Positions 25,710 to 34,596 of a DNA stretch of 64,000 nucleotides are shown here, piece by piece. The notes beneath the pieces were generated by a model. It was not told where the DNA came from and made no database searches. It saw nothing but the letters and a program-made list of their open reading frames with translations. A program made the position numbers and the translations under genes. The number at the start of each line of letters is the position of its first letter. Within the stretch, counting starts at the first letter, position 1. Location: contig CAKOXL010000003.1 in the NCBI GenBank assembly GCA_934130105.1, positions 2,406 through 66,405 of the forward strand. The letters run 5' to 3'. The DNA comes from an uncultured Bacilli bacterium. GTDB taxonomy: Bacteria; Bacillota_I; Bacilli_A; RF39; UBA660.

Positions 25710-26270
25710 TTAAATAACTTCCAAATTTCTATCAGCTAAAAGGGCAAATAATTTTTTATGTTCTTCAGTATAAGGAACATAGTCCTTATCCCCTTCTTTA
25801 AATATATCTTCCAAATATTCATAATATACATACTTAATATCTGTTAACTCTTCAACTTGAAGTTTCGTCTTTTCAACATTTAAATCCCTATGCAATAAAT
25901 ATACATCATCAAAAACACGTATATATGAATCTTTATAAGGTTGAACACGCTTTATAGTAAATAAGAATTCTAATTCACTAGCATCAGCATCAATATCTAA
26001 TTCTTCCTTAAGTTCACGTAAACCAGACTGAACACTATCCTCACCAGCTATAACATGTCCAGCAGATGAAATTGCCCATAAATTAGGAAAAGTCTTTTTT
26101 AAAGGATTTCTCTTTTGAACTAATAATTCTTGGTTACAATTCATTATCCAAATATGAACAGAACGATGCCAAAGTCCTTTATTATATACTTCTTCTTTCG
26201 TTTCAACTATTCCTGTTTTATTACCATTTTCATCTAACACATCTAATAATTCTGTCATAACATCACTCAT
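25710..26270 (-). CDS. NUDIX hydrolase (isopentenyl-diphosphate isomerase-like subfamily)
   Basis: Nudix box GHVIAGEDSVQSGLRELKEELDI, preceded by GLWHRSVHIWI...LLVQKRNPLKKTFPNLW. I chose the start at M10 (26270) because a TATAAT element lies inside the longer track ORF. Confidence 0.7.
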   Translation of the reverse strand: MSDVMTELLDVLDENGNKTGIVETKEEVYNKGLWHRSVHIWIMNCNQELLVQKRNPLKKTFPNLWAISSAGHVIAGEDSVQSGLRELKEELDIDADASELEFLFTIKRVQPYKDSYIRVFDDVYLLHRDLNVEKTKLQVEELTDIKYVYYEYLEDIFKEGDKDYVPYTEEHKKLFALLADRNLEVI

Positions 26271-26436
26271 ACTATCACCTATTATAGAATAACACATTAA
26301 AAATTTTTTTCTATATTTTTTTTAGCTACTTTACATAATTAGATATAATAATTAAGTTAACTTGTTGATAATTTATTGATACTTGCTACAAACAGCATTC
26401 ATAATTGGAAGATTTCAATATTAAGTGTAAATTACA

Positions 26437-26470
26437 TAAAAAAATAAAAGATACCTAAATCTAGGTATCT
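26437..26470 (-). terminator. Terminator downstream of tRNA-Ile
   Basis: Minus strand reads AGATACCTA-GATT-TAGGTATCT followed by TTTTATTTTTTT. Confidence 0.7.
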
Positions 26471-26510
26471 CATGTTCACAAACCTTATAAAATAAGGATC
26501 AATTCTAAAT

Positions 26511-26586
<76 letters not shown>

Positions 26587-26659
26587 ATTTAATCAGTGAA
26601 CATTTACATTTTACTATATTTTTCTACTGTTGGCAAGTATTTTTTTTAAATTTATCTTT

Positions 26660-26701
26660 TTTTATGAAAAAAACAAATAAATAGGAGAGAACAAACAACA
26701 A
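26660..26701 (-). terminator. Terminator after the 26723-27253 gene
   Basis: Stem AGGAGAGAA (26674-26682) pairs with TTCTCTCCT (26693-26701). A U-rich tail follows on the minus strand. Confidence 0.65.
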
Positions 26702-26722
26702 TTCTCTCCTAAAACCAACCTA

Positions 26723-27253
26723 TTAATTTTTTTCAAAGAATTTTAAAATATTATCTCTACCAGTAATTCTTTCTACAATTTTCTTATCTTTAATTCTTAC
26801 AAGAGTAGGATTAGAAGCTTTAAAATCAACTAATCTAACTGGTTTTTCAATTAAATATTCTCCATCTTCCAAAACATATTGCTTATTTACTTGCTTTTCT
26901 AAATCAATTATATGAAAAGGTAAACTTTTATCCTTACTAGTGTAAGTATCAATTAAACTAATATAATAGCTTGCAAAAGTATCTGTAAAATTAAATAGTA
27001 ATACATAATATTCACTGTCACTACGATTTAACATTTGGCCAACTATAATTTCCTCATATTGAATGCTAGTAGCTACTTCTTCACTCTCTTCTTTTTTATT
27101 AAATTTTATCTCGCCACTTACAATAGCTGTTATAAAATATGTAAGTGCTAACACTAAAACAACACAAATCGCAATCTTAACAAATTTAGAATATTCTATT
27201 TCGCTATTACTACTACTTTTATATAAATTTCTTTTTTGTTTCTTATTTTTCAT
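26723..27253 (-). CDS. Hypothetical membrane-anchored protein (possibly thioredoxin-fold-like)
   Basis: One TM segment (FVKIAICVVLVLALTYFITAIV) followed by a soluble domain of about 120 aa. The function is not recognisable, and the fold guess is weak. Confidence 0.45.
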   Translation of the reverse strand: MKNKKQKRNLYKSSSNSEIEYSKFVKIAICVVLVLALTYFITAIVSGEIKFNKKEESEEVATSIQYEEIIVGQMLNRSDSEYYVLLFNFTDTFASYYISLIDTYTSKDKSLPFHIIDLEKQVNKQYVLEDGEYLIEKPVRLVDFKASNPTLVRIKDKKIVERITGRDNILKFFEKN

Positions 27254-27353
27254 GTAAATCACCACACATAGATTGTAACACGGTTATAGAATAAATGTCA
27301 AAATAATTAAAACCAAATTAAAAAATAGATAAAATTTTATCTATTTTTATACT

Positions 27354-28361
27354 CTATTTCATTGTTGGTATAACATTAACACTTCTAGCAATATCAAGTA
27401 ACTCATCCTGACTTATTACATCACTTACTAAATAATAGTCAATTCCATTACTACTCCAACTAATCGAACTATCAGTTAAAGAACCAACTGTATCAATAAG
27501 TAAGTAAGGTTCACCATAAGTTGGAATAATAGAAAATTCATTTTCAATACTTGATGTTTCTTCAACTAAAAGGAATGGTTTTTCGCCTTCAAATGTCATA
27601 ATAATTCTTTCACCATCAGTTTTAGTAATCTTTTCTTCACTTGCTAAAACTGTTCCAGTAGGAATATATAATGGATAGATAGAATCCTCGATTTTACTAG
27701 TAGTATTAGTATTAGCATCAGCATTATTATCTTGTTCAGTATTCATAATTTTGTTTAAATCAAACGTATCATTATTAATATCAGGATTAAGATCAATTGT
27801 TAAAAAAGTCATAGTCATTTGACTAATATCATTCTCATCCAATACACTTACCTTTTTTAAATTTAAATTTTTGTCAAATGTAACTGTTTGTTTAACTAGT
27901 TTTCTATTATTTGGATAATTAACACTAGTTGTAAAAATATGCTCATTTTCGCTACTAACTAAACTTTTCTCATCATCAGAATTAATATCATCCAAAATAG
28001 ATTGTATTAAATATACTTGTGAATTATTGTATGGCCAATCACTTTGAAATTTAAAACTTTTATTAAGTGTCGGTGTTAATACATATACTCCATCTTCATT
28101 TTTTAAAATTATCTGTTCATGATTATTATTGCGATTCTTTAAACTAACATAATATTTATCCTTTTTTTGATAGATAACTTTAACATCGTAATTATACACA
28201 TCATCATTATTAACAATCTCTAAATTTCCAGTCAATTGATATGCTTTTAAATTACCATATTTCTTAGAAACATCTTTTAAAACATCATTTTTAGTATTTC
28301 CAAAACATCCAGTTGTAAACATACAACTTACAACTAGCAAAAATAAAAATATTTTTTTCAT
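27354..28361 (-). CDS. Lipoprotein, LolA-like/DUF4367-like
   Basis: Lipobox LVVSCMFTTG-C. The following domain resembles lipoprotein-carrier-like beta-barrel proteins (LKAYQLTGNLEIVNNDDVYNYDVKVIYQKKDKYYVSL). ATG at 28361 follows AGAGGAG. Confidence 0.45.
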   Translation of the reverse strand: MKKIFLFLLVVSCMFTTGCFGNTKNDVLKDVSKKYGNLKAYQLTGNLEIVNNDDVYNYDVKVIYQKKDKYYVSLKNRNNNHEQIILKNEDGVYVLTPTLNKSFKFQSDWPYNNSQVYLIQSILDDINSDDEKSLVSSENEHIFTTSVNYPNNRKLVKQTVTFDKNLNLKKVSVLDENDISQMTMTFLTIDLNPDINNDTFDLNKIMNTEQDNNADANTNTTSKIEDSIYPLYIPTGTVLASEEKITKTDGERIIMTFEGEKPFLLVEETSSIENEFSIIPTYGEPYLLIDTVGSLTDSSISWSSNGIDYYLVSDVISQDELLDIARSVNVIPTMK

Positions 28362-28473
28362 GTTCACTCCTCTTTTCTTTCATTTAATACTATGAGTAAA
28401 AAAATACATTATTCACGAATATTTTTAAAATAAATGCTTATCATAATACTGAAACAAGAAAAAGGAGGATTTT

Positions 28474-28668
28474 ATGCAAGCATTACAAAAAGTAGCATTA
28501 GTTTTCATAATAATAGGCGCTATTAACTGGGGATTAATTGGACTATTCGATTTTAACCTAGTTGAATCATTATTTGGAGCAGATAATGTGATAACTAAAA
28601 TTGTGTATGTTTTGGTCGGCATATCAGGTATTATTGATATAAGTTTATTATTTAACGACTATGAATAA
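28474..28668 (+). CDS. DUF378-family small membrane protein
   Basis: ALVFIIIGAINWGLIGLFDFNLVESLFG...IVYVLVGISG matches the conserved DUF378 pattern. RBS AAGGAGG. The overlapping minus-strand ORF 28425-28622 is rejected. Confidence 0.75.
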   Translation: MQALQKVALVFIIIGAINWGLIGLFDFNLVESLFGADNVITKIVYVLVGISGIIDISLLFNDYE

Positions 28669-28698
28669 AAGATACTGAAAACATTCAGTATCTTTTAT
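28668..28698. terminator. Bidirectional terminator between the DUF378 gene (+) and cdaR (-)
   Basis: Perfect stem AAGATACTGAA / TTCAGTATCTT with A/T runs on both sides. Confidence 0.7.
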
Positions 28699-28701
28699 CT
28701 T

Positions 28702-30048
28702 TTACTTTTCTTCAATTATAATTTTTATTTTTGTTGTTTTTGATTCATAGGTTAATTTCAAATCATCACCGCTTGCTTTAACTTCGACTTCATATTCACC
28801 AGGTGTGTAACCATTTAAATCAACTGTTACCTTTAAGGAACTTTTATCAAGCTTATTAACAACATCACTACTACCTTTAACAACAACTGTTACTTCACTA
28901 TTTTCTTTTCCTATTGTATATGCTTTATATTTTGTAGTATCTAAATTAATTGGTGTAATCGTAATAGCATCAAATTCTTTAGTAATTACATCATCAAGTA
29001 CTACTTTTACAGTAACAGTTTTACTGCTGATTGATCTAACGCCTGATGGTTTATCAATATTAATATTAAATGTTTTACTACTTGCTAAATTACTAACATC
29101 AATTTCAACAGGAATAGAATCAATTCCATTAATTACTGATTCTTCACCATAAATAGTAACCTTAGAAATAGAAGTTGTGAATTCTTTTATTGATTTTCCA
29201 AAAGCTAAATCTCCCTTAGGAACAACTTGTAATGAAACTTCTTTACTAGGAGAAGTTATTTTAACTGTTGCATCAATACTAGATGGCACAATCTCAACAT
29301 CAACAGGCTGACCATCACTATCATAAGCAATAAGCGGAACATCTTTTAATGTGAAAGTACCAACTTTAGGATTACCAATATTATCAATATCTACTAATGC
29401 CTTAACTGTTGCAACCTGTTTTAATTTATAACTAGCGCCTTTAATAATAACATCATTTCTACTTAAATCAACATTATCCAAAATTAAAGTTGCATCCAAA
29501 TTATCCTTATGTAAAATATCATAATCTAATTCTCTAGTCTCAGATACTTTTTCATAAACAACTATATTTGCAGTAGATGGATCAAGCTTATAATCTATCG
29601 TTTTAAGCGCTTGAGACTGATTGTAATTTAATTTAACTTTATGACTACCAGGAGTTAATCCTCTTAAATCAACAGAAATACTTAAACTTGAAGTATACTG
29701 CTTAGCTAAATATAAATCGGATGTTCTACCAATCAAAGTAACATCAACTGTCGTTGGAAGACCTTCTATAACATAAGCTTCTTCATTATATTCAGCTTGA
29801 ACTGGTTGATTATATAAAATCTCAGCATTCTTATTTATTAATGTATCCGAGTTTTGATCGACTATAAAAAATACAGCAAAAGCAAAAATTAAAGATAATA
29901 TAATCAAAGTTTGTTTCTTATTAATAAATTTTTCTATTTCTTTACCATTTTTCTTAATAAAATCTGAAATAAATAAAATAAATTTCGTAATTGGAGTAAT
30001 TAACCATTTATCAAAAAATAAAACTATTTTTTTACCTATTTTCTTCAT
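28702..30048 (-). CDS. cdaR: CdaR (YbbR-domain regulator of diadenylate cyclase)
   Basis: N-terminal TM segment, then repeated YbbR-like beta domains. It overlaps the 3' end of cdaA. ATG at 30048 follows GAGGAAG. Confidence 0.75.
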   Translation of the reverse strand: MKKIGKKIVLFFDKWLITPITKFILFISDFIKKNGKEIEKFINKKQTLIILSLIFAFAVFFIVDQNSDTLINKNAEILYNQPVQAEYNEEAYVIEGLPTTVDVTLIGRTSDLYLAKQYTSSLSISVDLRGLTPGSHKVKLNYNQSQALKTIDYKLDPSTANIVVYEKVSETRELDYDILHKDNLDATLILDNVDLSRNDVIIKGASYKLKQVATVKALVDIDNIGNPKVGTFTLKDVPLIAYDSDGQPVDVEIVPSSIDATVKITSPSKEVSLQVVPKGDLAFGKSIKEFTTSISKVTIYGEESVINGIDSIPVEIDVSNLASSKTFNINIDKPSGVRSISSKTVTVKVVLDDVITKEFDAITITPINLDTTKYKAYTIGKENSEVTVVVKGSSDVVNKLDKSSLKVTVDLNGYTPGEYEVEVKASGDDLKLTYESKTTKIKIIIEEK

Positions 30049-30856
30049 AAATATCTTCCTCATCTAACTCATCTAAATAATCTTCTTCTTGTTTAGGTCT
30101 TAACTCATCAATTAACATCATTCTAACATCATCAACAGATAAGTTATAAAATAATTCACCTTTTACAGCTACACTTACTCTACCTGTTTCTTCTGATACA
30201 ACAACACTAATTGCATCACTTTCTTCAGTAATACCTAAAGCAGCACGGTGACGAGTACCAAATTTTTTATTAACTTTTGAACTGTTACTTGTTGGAAAAA
30301 CAGCGCCAGCACAACTTATTCTATTACCTTGAATAATTACTCCACCATCATGAAGTGGATTGTTTGGAAAGAATATTGATATTAACAAGTCGCTAGATAA
30401 ATCTGCATATATTTTTTTACTTTTTTCAATATAATTAGCTAAACTAATATCTCTTTCTAGAACAATTAAAGCACCTATTCTAGCTTTTCTCAAATATTCA
30501 ACTGCTGAAACAATTTCATATACTAATCGCTCGCGTTCATCAACTGTTAAAACTTTATGGCGACCTAATAATTGGGTTTTCCCTATTTGTTCTAACACAT
30601 TCCTTATTTCTGGTTGGAAAATTATAATTAAAGCAAGTGGTCCCCACATGATTACATATTCAAGTAATAAACCAATAGTAGTTAAACCTAACAGATCGCT
30701 AATTATTTTAAGTGCTAAAATAATAGCTACTCCTTTAAATAATAAAGTTAATTTTACGTTATTTCTAATATTTTTTAAAATATAATAAATTGCTAACCAA
30801 ACTAATGAAATATCAAGAATTTTCTTAGCAATCGTAATAATACTATCTAATGTCAT
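30032..30856 (-). CDS. cdaA: Diadenylate cyclase CdaA (c-di-AMP synthase)
   Basis: Three N-terminal TM segments plus a DAC domain with GALIVLERD, HDGGVII and GTRHRAALGITEESDAISVVVSEETG. Confidence 0.9.
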   Translation of the reverse strand: MTLDSIITIAKKILDISLVWLAIYYILKNIRNNVKLTLLFKGVAIILALKIISDLLGLTTIGLLLEYVIMWGPLALIIIFQPEIRNVLEQIGKTQLLGRHKVLTVDERERLVYEIVSAVEYLRKARIGALIVLERDISLANYIEKSKKIYADLSSDLLISIFFPNNPLHDGGVIIQGNRISCAGAVFPTSNSSKVNKKFGTRHRAALGITEESDAISVVVSEETGRVSVAVKGELFYNLSVDDVRMMLIDELRPKQEEDYLDELDEEDIYEENR

Positions 30857-30907
30857 AATTATTCCTTTCATAAAAACTATTTTAAACTATTTATTAAATA
30901 CAAATTA

Positions 30908-31171
30908 CTAATTAGAATGAAAGTCGTTAAAATCATTAACACTAACACTGCTACTAGGTGTATTAATAACATTACTATCTTTAATAGTAACGGGTTCAAT
31001 TGGTGGAACTAAATTATCATTTTTAACAATAGCAACCCTAGCTTTTTCTTCATCTGAAATTTTCTTTTTTTCCATTAAGTAACCTATTATTGCCATAATA
31101 AAAATAACTGATAATATAGCAACAACAACGTACAACGGACCATCAAGAATATCTCTAAAAAATTTAATCAT
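30908..31171 (-). CDS. Small hypothetical single-TM protein
   Basis: RBS AGAGGGA. TM segment LYVVVAILSVIFIMAIIGYL. Lies upstream of cdaA. Confidence 0.45.
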   Translation of the reverse strand: MIKFFRDILDGPLYVVVAILSVIFIMAIIGYLMEKKKISDEEKARVAIVKNDNLVPPIEPVTIKDSNVINTPSSSVSVNDFNDFHSN

Positions 31172-31540
31172 TTTAAATCCCTCTTATTCTAAAGAAATTA
31201 TAACACGAATTAATAAATATGTAAATTATGAATGTTTAAGCCCAATTTTTCCTTATAGATTATAGCTAATAAAAGGTAAATAATATTATTAAGTATTTTT
31301 AAATAAAGGACTAATTACTTAATCAACTATTCTTATTAAATAATCATTATTTTTTCTATTACCATTATTAGTTAAAACTAATCAAGTACAATTAACACAG
31401 TAAATATATTTTTAAATGCATTCTTAAATTTTAAAACCCAAACGTTTATCGTTTGAGCTTATTATCAAAATAGCAAACAGTATAATCTACAACTTTTTCT
31501 TCAATAGTAATTCGTATAAGTCAATCTATATAAAATGGCA

Positions 31541-31572
31541 ACAAAAAGAAAAAGAAATGGAAACACCATTTC
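31541..31572 (-). terminator. Terminator after the 31592 gene
   Basis: Minus strand reads GAAATGG-TGTTT-CCATTTC followed by TTTTTCTTTTT. Confidence 0.65.
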
Positions 31573-31591
31573 AAAACTTTATGATACTAAA

Positions 31592-32056
31592 TTAATAATG
31601 AATTGCCTGATGTTTTATTTTAACTCCATCTACATCTATATAATCAGAACAATCATATTTATATAAAGTAGTACCATTTGTATCTATTTCCTTTAACACA
31701 TCTCTATCATCTACTACATTAGTATCAACATTTTTATGACTCATAATAGATGATACTAAATCTATAAATTTTGCATATGCCTTAATCTCTCCAGCTATTA
31801 AATCAATAGATTCTTTACTATATTCTTTTGTTGTGTCATATAACTTAGAAGAAGCTAATGTAATGTTAACAACTAATCTAGATTGTAAATCAAATAATTC
31901 ATTTAAAGAAAGTGAATCCATTAAATTACTTATCTTTTTGCTAGAGTCTTTCAATTTTTCTTCTAAAGAATTTCCTGATTAAAAATTTTGAACATTAATA
32001 CCTAATTCTTTTACATACTCTTCTATACTTTCAACTATTATTTCTACCAAACACAT
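31592..32056 (-). pseudogene. Hypothetical gene interrupted by a single in-frame TAA (or a 25-aa ORF plus a 120-aa ORF)
   Basis: A good RBS (GGGAGGG) precedes the ATG at 32054-32056 (MCLVEIIVESIEEYVKELGINVQNF). TAA lies at 31979-31981. The same frame then continues ...SGNSLEEKLKDSSKKISNL... into the track ORF 31592-31954, whose only start is a TTG with no RBS. Confidence 0.45.
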
Positions 32057-32076
32057 AATTTTATCCCTCCCAAATA

Positions 32077-33141
32077 TCAATTGCAATTATATTTTTTTTG
32101 CTTTGTTTTATTTTTAAAATCAAATAATTGATTATCTAAATATGCAATTTCAATTTCTCTACTAGAAATTGTTTTCATACTTTCAATTGTGCTAGCAATT
32201 TTTTCAATAACTTCTTTTGAATTAGATAAAGACATCTTTTTTACTTCTTCTATAATTGTCTTTCTTTCTTCATTAGAATTTAATAAATATACTTTTTTTG
32301 CATTTTCGTCATCAATTTTAAAAAAACTGCAATCAGAGCTTAATATTAAAGGACATTCAGCAATTCGTTCAATACAGCTTTGTAATAATAATGAGTATTC
32401 AAACTTTCCTAAGTTTTCTTTGTTACCATAAAGATCTGAAGAATCTTCAACGCTTGCGTCTACATTCGTATAACAAAAATTCAAATAATCTTTATAGTTA
32501 AGAATCACTTGATTTTTCAAAGTTATATCTGGTAATTTGGTATTACCTAAATAAGTACAACTAGCCATTATTTTCTCACCAGTCGTCATTTCTTCAAAAA
32601 TTCCATTTCCTAAATATTTAATTGCTAATAATGTGGTTGATGTTGATGATTTACAATATTTTTCAACACTAAGGTCTTTTCTCCAACTAATAGTATCAAA
32701 GTCATCATAATCGTATTCATCATAAGTAAAAGAATTTTCTAAACATACACCACATAGATACATAACATCAGTAAAATATATTTCCCCAATTTTTACTTCT
32801 TCATCCATTGGTTTAAAACAAAAATACCAATTATCCTCAGAAGGACCACTCAAATCATCACCGGAAGTCTCATCTAAATCTTCACCCAAACGTTCATCGG
32901 AAGTTTCAACCAAATCTTCACCCAAATATTCATCAGAAGTTTCATCCAAATCTTCACCCAAACGTTCATCGGAAGTTTCAACCAAATCTTCACCCAAATA
33001 TTCATCAGAAGTTTCATCCCAATCTTCACATAAACGTTCATCAGAAGTTTCATCCAAATCTTCGCCCAAATACTCATCAAAAGTTTCGTCCAAATCTTCA
33101 CTTAAACCTTCATAGTAAGTTCTATTATTAATTCGTTCCAT
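32077..33141 (-). CDS. Hypothetical protein with an N-terminal array of acidic 12-aa tandem repeats (DETSDE[YR]LGEDL) and a C-terminal domain of about 250 aa with unknown function
   Basis: RBS GGAGGA. About 7 repeat units, then an unrelated Cys/aromatic-rich domain. I recognise no motifs. Confidence 0.6.
   Translation of the reverse strand: MERINNRTYYEGLSEDLDETFDEYLGEDLDETSDERLCEDWDETSDEYLGEDLVETSDERLGEDLDETSDEYLGEDLVETSDERLGEDLDETSGDDLSGPSEDNWYFCFKPMDEEVKIGEIYFTDVMYLCGVCLENSFTYDEYDYDDFDTISWRKDLSVEKYCKSSTSTTLLAIKYLGNGIFEEMTTGEKIMASCTYLGNTKLPDITLKNQVILNYKDYLNFCYTNVDASVEDSSDLYGNKENLGKFEYSLLLQSCIERIAECPLILSSDCSFFKIDDENAKKVYLLNSNEERKTIIEEVKKMSLSNSKEVIEKIASTIESMKTISSREIEIAYLDNQLFDFKNKTKQKKYNCN
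32845..33110 (-). repeat. 36-bp tandem repeat array (with near-exact 72-bp higher-order units) encoding the acidic repeats
   Basis: Plus-strand units such as TCATCGGAAGTTTCAACCAAATCTTCACCCAAATAT / TCATCAGAAGTTTCATCCAAATCTTCACCCAAACGT repeat almost exactly. Confidence 0.85.
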
Positions 33142-33304
33142 TTTTCTCCTCCAATCTACCCATATTATAGCATAATTATTGATTTTTAAATATATTTATA
33201 CATTTATTTACGTTTGCGCAGTATTAAAATTATCATTTTTCAATTTATCTTCCCTATATTTTTTACAATAGATAAAAATAATTATAATTAATACTTCCTT
33301 ATAT

Positions 33305-33333
33305 ATAAAAAAGCTAACTACTTACTAGTTAGC
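33305..33333 (-). terminator. Terminator downstream of tRNA-Thr
   Basis: Stem GCTAACT / AGTTAGC (33313-33319 / 33327-33333). On the minus strand it is followed by TTTTTTAT. Confidence 0.65.
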
Positions 33334-33381
33334 AATCTATTAATTAAACAATGCTGGAACATATCCAAGTATTAATCAATC

Positions 33382-33457
33382 TGGTGCCGACTGCCGGATT
33401 TGAACCAGCGACCTACGCGTTACGAGTGCGTTGCACTACCAACTGTGCTAAGTCGGC
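33382..33457 (-). tRNA. tRNA-Thr: tRNA-Thr (anticodon CGT)
   Basis: The reverse complement is GCCGACTTAGCACAGTTGGTAGTGCAACGCACTCGTAACGCGTAGGTCGCTGGTTCAAATCCGGCAGTCGGCACCA. Anticodon loop CTCGTAA. Confidence 0.85.
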
Positions 33458-33490
33458 AATAAAAAGAAAAGAGCTTTGATATCAAAGCTC
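33458..33490 (-). terminator. Palindromic hairpin with a U-tract between tRNA-Lys and tRNA-Thr
   Basis: GAGCTTTGATATCAAAGCTC (33471-33490), followed on the minus strand by TTTTCTTTTTATT. Confidence 0.55.
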
Positions 33491-33513
33491 ATTGTAATCA
33501 ACTTGGTGGGCTG

Positions 33514-33589
33514 TTAGGGATTCGAACCCTAGACCCACTGATTAAGAGTCAGTTGCTCTACCAACTGAGCTAACAGCCCAAAATTTAAA
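33514..33589 (-). tRNA. tRNA-Lys: tRNA-Lys (anticodon CTT)
   Basis: The reverse complement is GGGCTGTTAGCTCAGTTGGTAGAGCAACTGACTCTTAATCAGTGGGTCTAGGGTTCGAATCCCTAACAGCCCACCA. Confidence 0.92.
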
Positions 33590-33661
33590 TTACTACTATA
33601 GTATATCACAAAAATTGAAAATGAAAATATTTTTTTAGCATTTTTTTGATTTTTTTAACAT

Positions 33662-34567
33662 TTAATGCTTAAATCTTTTCATAATTTTTGCAAACGCATA
33701 CTTTGTAGAACGAATAGGGCCATTTGTAAATATACCTTTTATTGTTTGCTCAGTACTTTCTTTTTTATTTAGTTTCGTAAAATATTCTAATATTTTTGAT
33801 TTAATAGAAGCTAAATCGTAACAATTACTACTATTTAAATAATTAGCTAATTCTGGTGGTAATAAATCAACACTTTTTATTAACTCTTGGTAATCAACAA
33901 TTAAACTAGTATCATCATTAACATTAACATAATTATTTTTACCATAAATTTTATTTAAATCCTCATAGCCGCCTTCAACAATATTAATTACTTTACGAGG
34001 ATTTTCAGCAAATTTCATTCTAGTATCACCTAAATAAGATAAAGAACAAATCTGAACATATAAATCAAATAATTTATTGTTATTATTATCAGGCAAAGTA
34101 AGTAAAGCCGTCAAAACAGCAGAATTCCTATTTTCCTCATTAGCTTCATCAATTAATTTAGAATTAGTAATAGCAAGTATATTTTTTTGAAATCTACCAG
34201 GTAAATAAAAACTCTTCCAACTTCGTAAATACAAAATTAAATCTTTTTCTTCAATTGTACCATATTTGTAGGTGCTATTTTTATAATTTATATTACTCAA
34301 ATAAGTAATACCAGTACTACCCTTTAGTTTTTTTAAGCTAGCATGCTTAAAATACAATTTTCCGGTAAACGAATAATCACTTGGATTAATCATCATATTT
34401 TTTAAATGCCATTCTTTTAAATTTTCAACAACAAAAATCAAATCTATTTGTGGTTTATCGTTCGTTGTATAACTACTTTGTTTAAATATACCCGAACCAT
34501 AACCATAAACCGCTATTACTTTTGGCCTTTTTTTAACAAATTCCTTTATTTCTTTTACATCAACCAC
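33662..34567 (-). CDS. Tam41/Mmp37-like nucleotidyltransferase (homologue of mitochondrial phosphatidate cytidylyltransferase)
   Basis: AVYGYGSGIFKQ...QIDLIFVVENLKEWHLKNMMINPSDYS...KYGTIEEKDLILYLRSWKSFYLPGRFQKNI parallels the Tam41 signature as I recall it (YGSGVF.Q, iDfIf.V, WH..N...N..HYS, KYGV, DL..W..LYlaGRlqKP). Apparent GTG start. Confidence 0.6.
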   Translation of the reverse strand: MVDVKEIKEFVKKRPKVIAVYGYGSGIFKQSSYTTNDKPQIDLIFVVENLKEWHLKNMMINPSDYSFTGKLYFKHASLKKLKGSTGITYLSNINYKNSTYKYGTIEEKDLILYLRSWKSFYLPGRFQKNILAITNSKLIDEANEENRNSAVLTALLTLPDNNNNKLFDLYVQICSLSYLGDTRMKFAENPRKVINIVEGGYEDLNKIYGKNNYVNVNDDTSLIVDYQELIKSVDLLPPELANYLNSSNCYDLASIKSKILEYFTKLNKKESTEQTIKGIFTNGPIRSTKYAFAKIMKRFKH

Positions 34568-34596
34568 AATATCAACTCACTTATAAAAAGAAGAAA

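Noticed and set aside
31979-31981. In-frame TAA as evidence of an alternative genetic code or programmed readthrough
   Set aside because: TAA is used as an ordinary stop codon by many well-supported genes in this window (for example recG, the FtsX-type permease, lon and greA), and no bacterial TAA reassignment is known. A nonsense mutation or a genuine split gene is the simpler reading.
32874-33101. 75-aa ORF (MKIWTKLLMSIW...) inside the acidic-repeat gene, and the plus-strand ORF 32189-32431
   Set aside because: These are alternative-frame or antisense artefacts of the 36-bp tandem repeat and of AT-rich sequence. They have no RBS and are wholly contained in a longer, properly initiated ORF.
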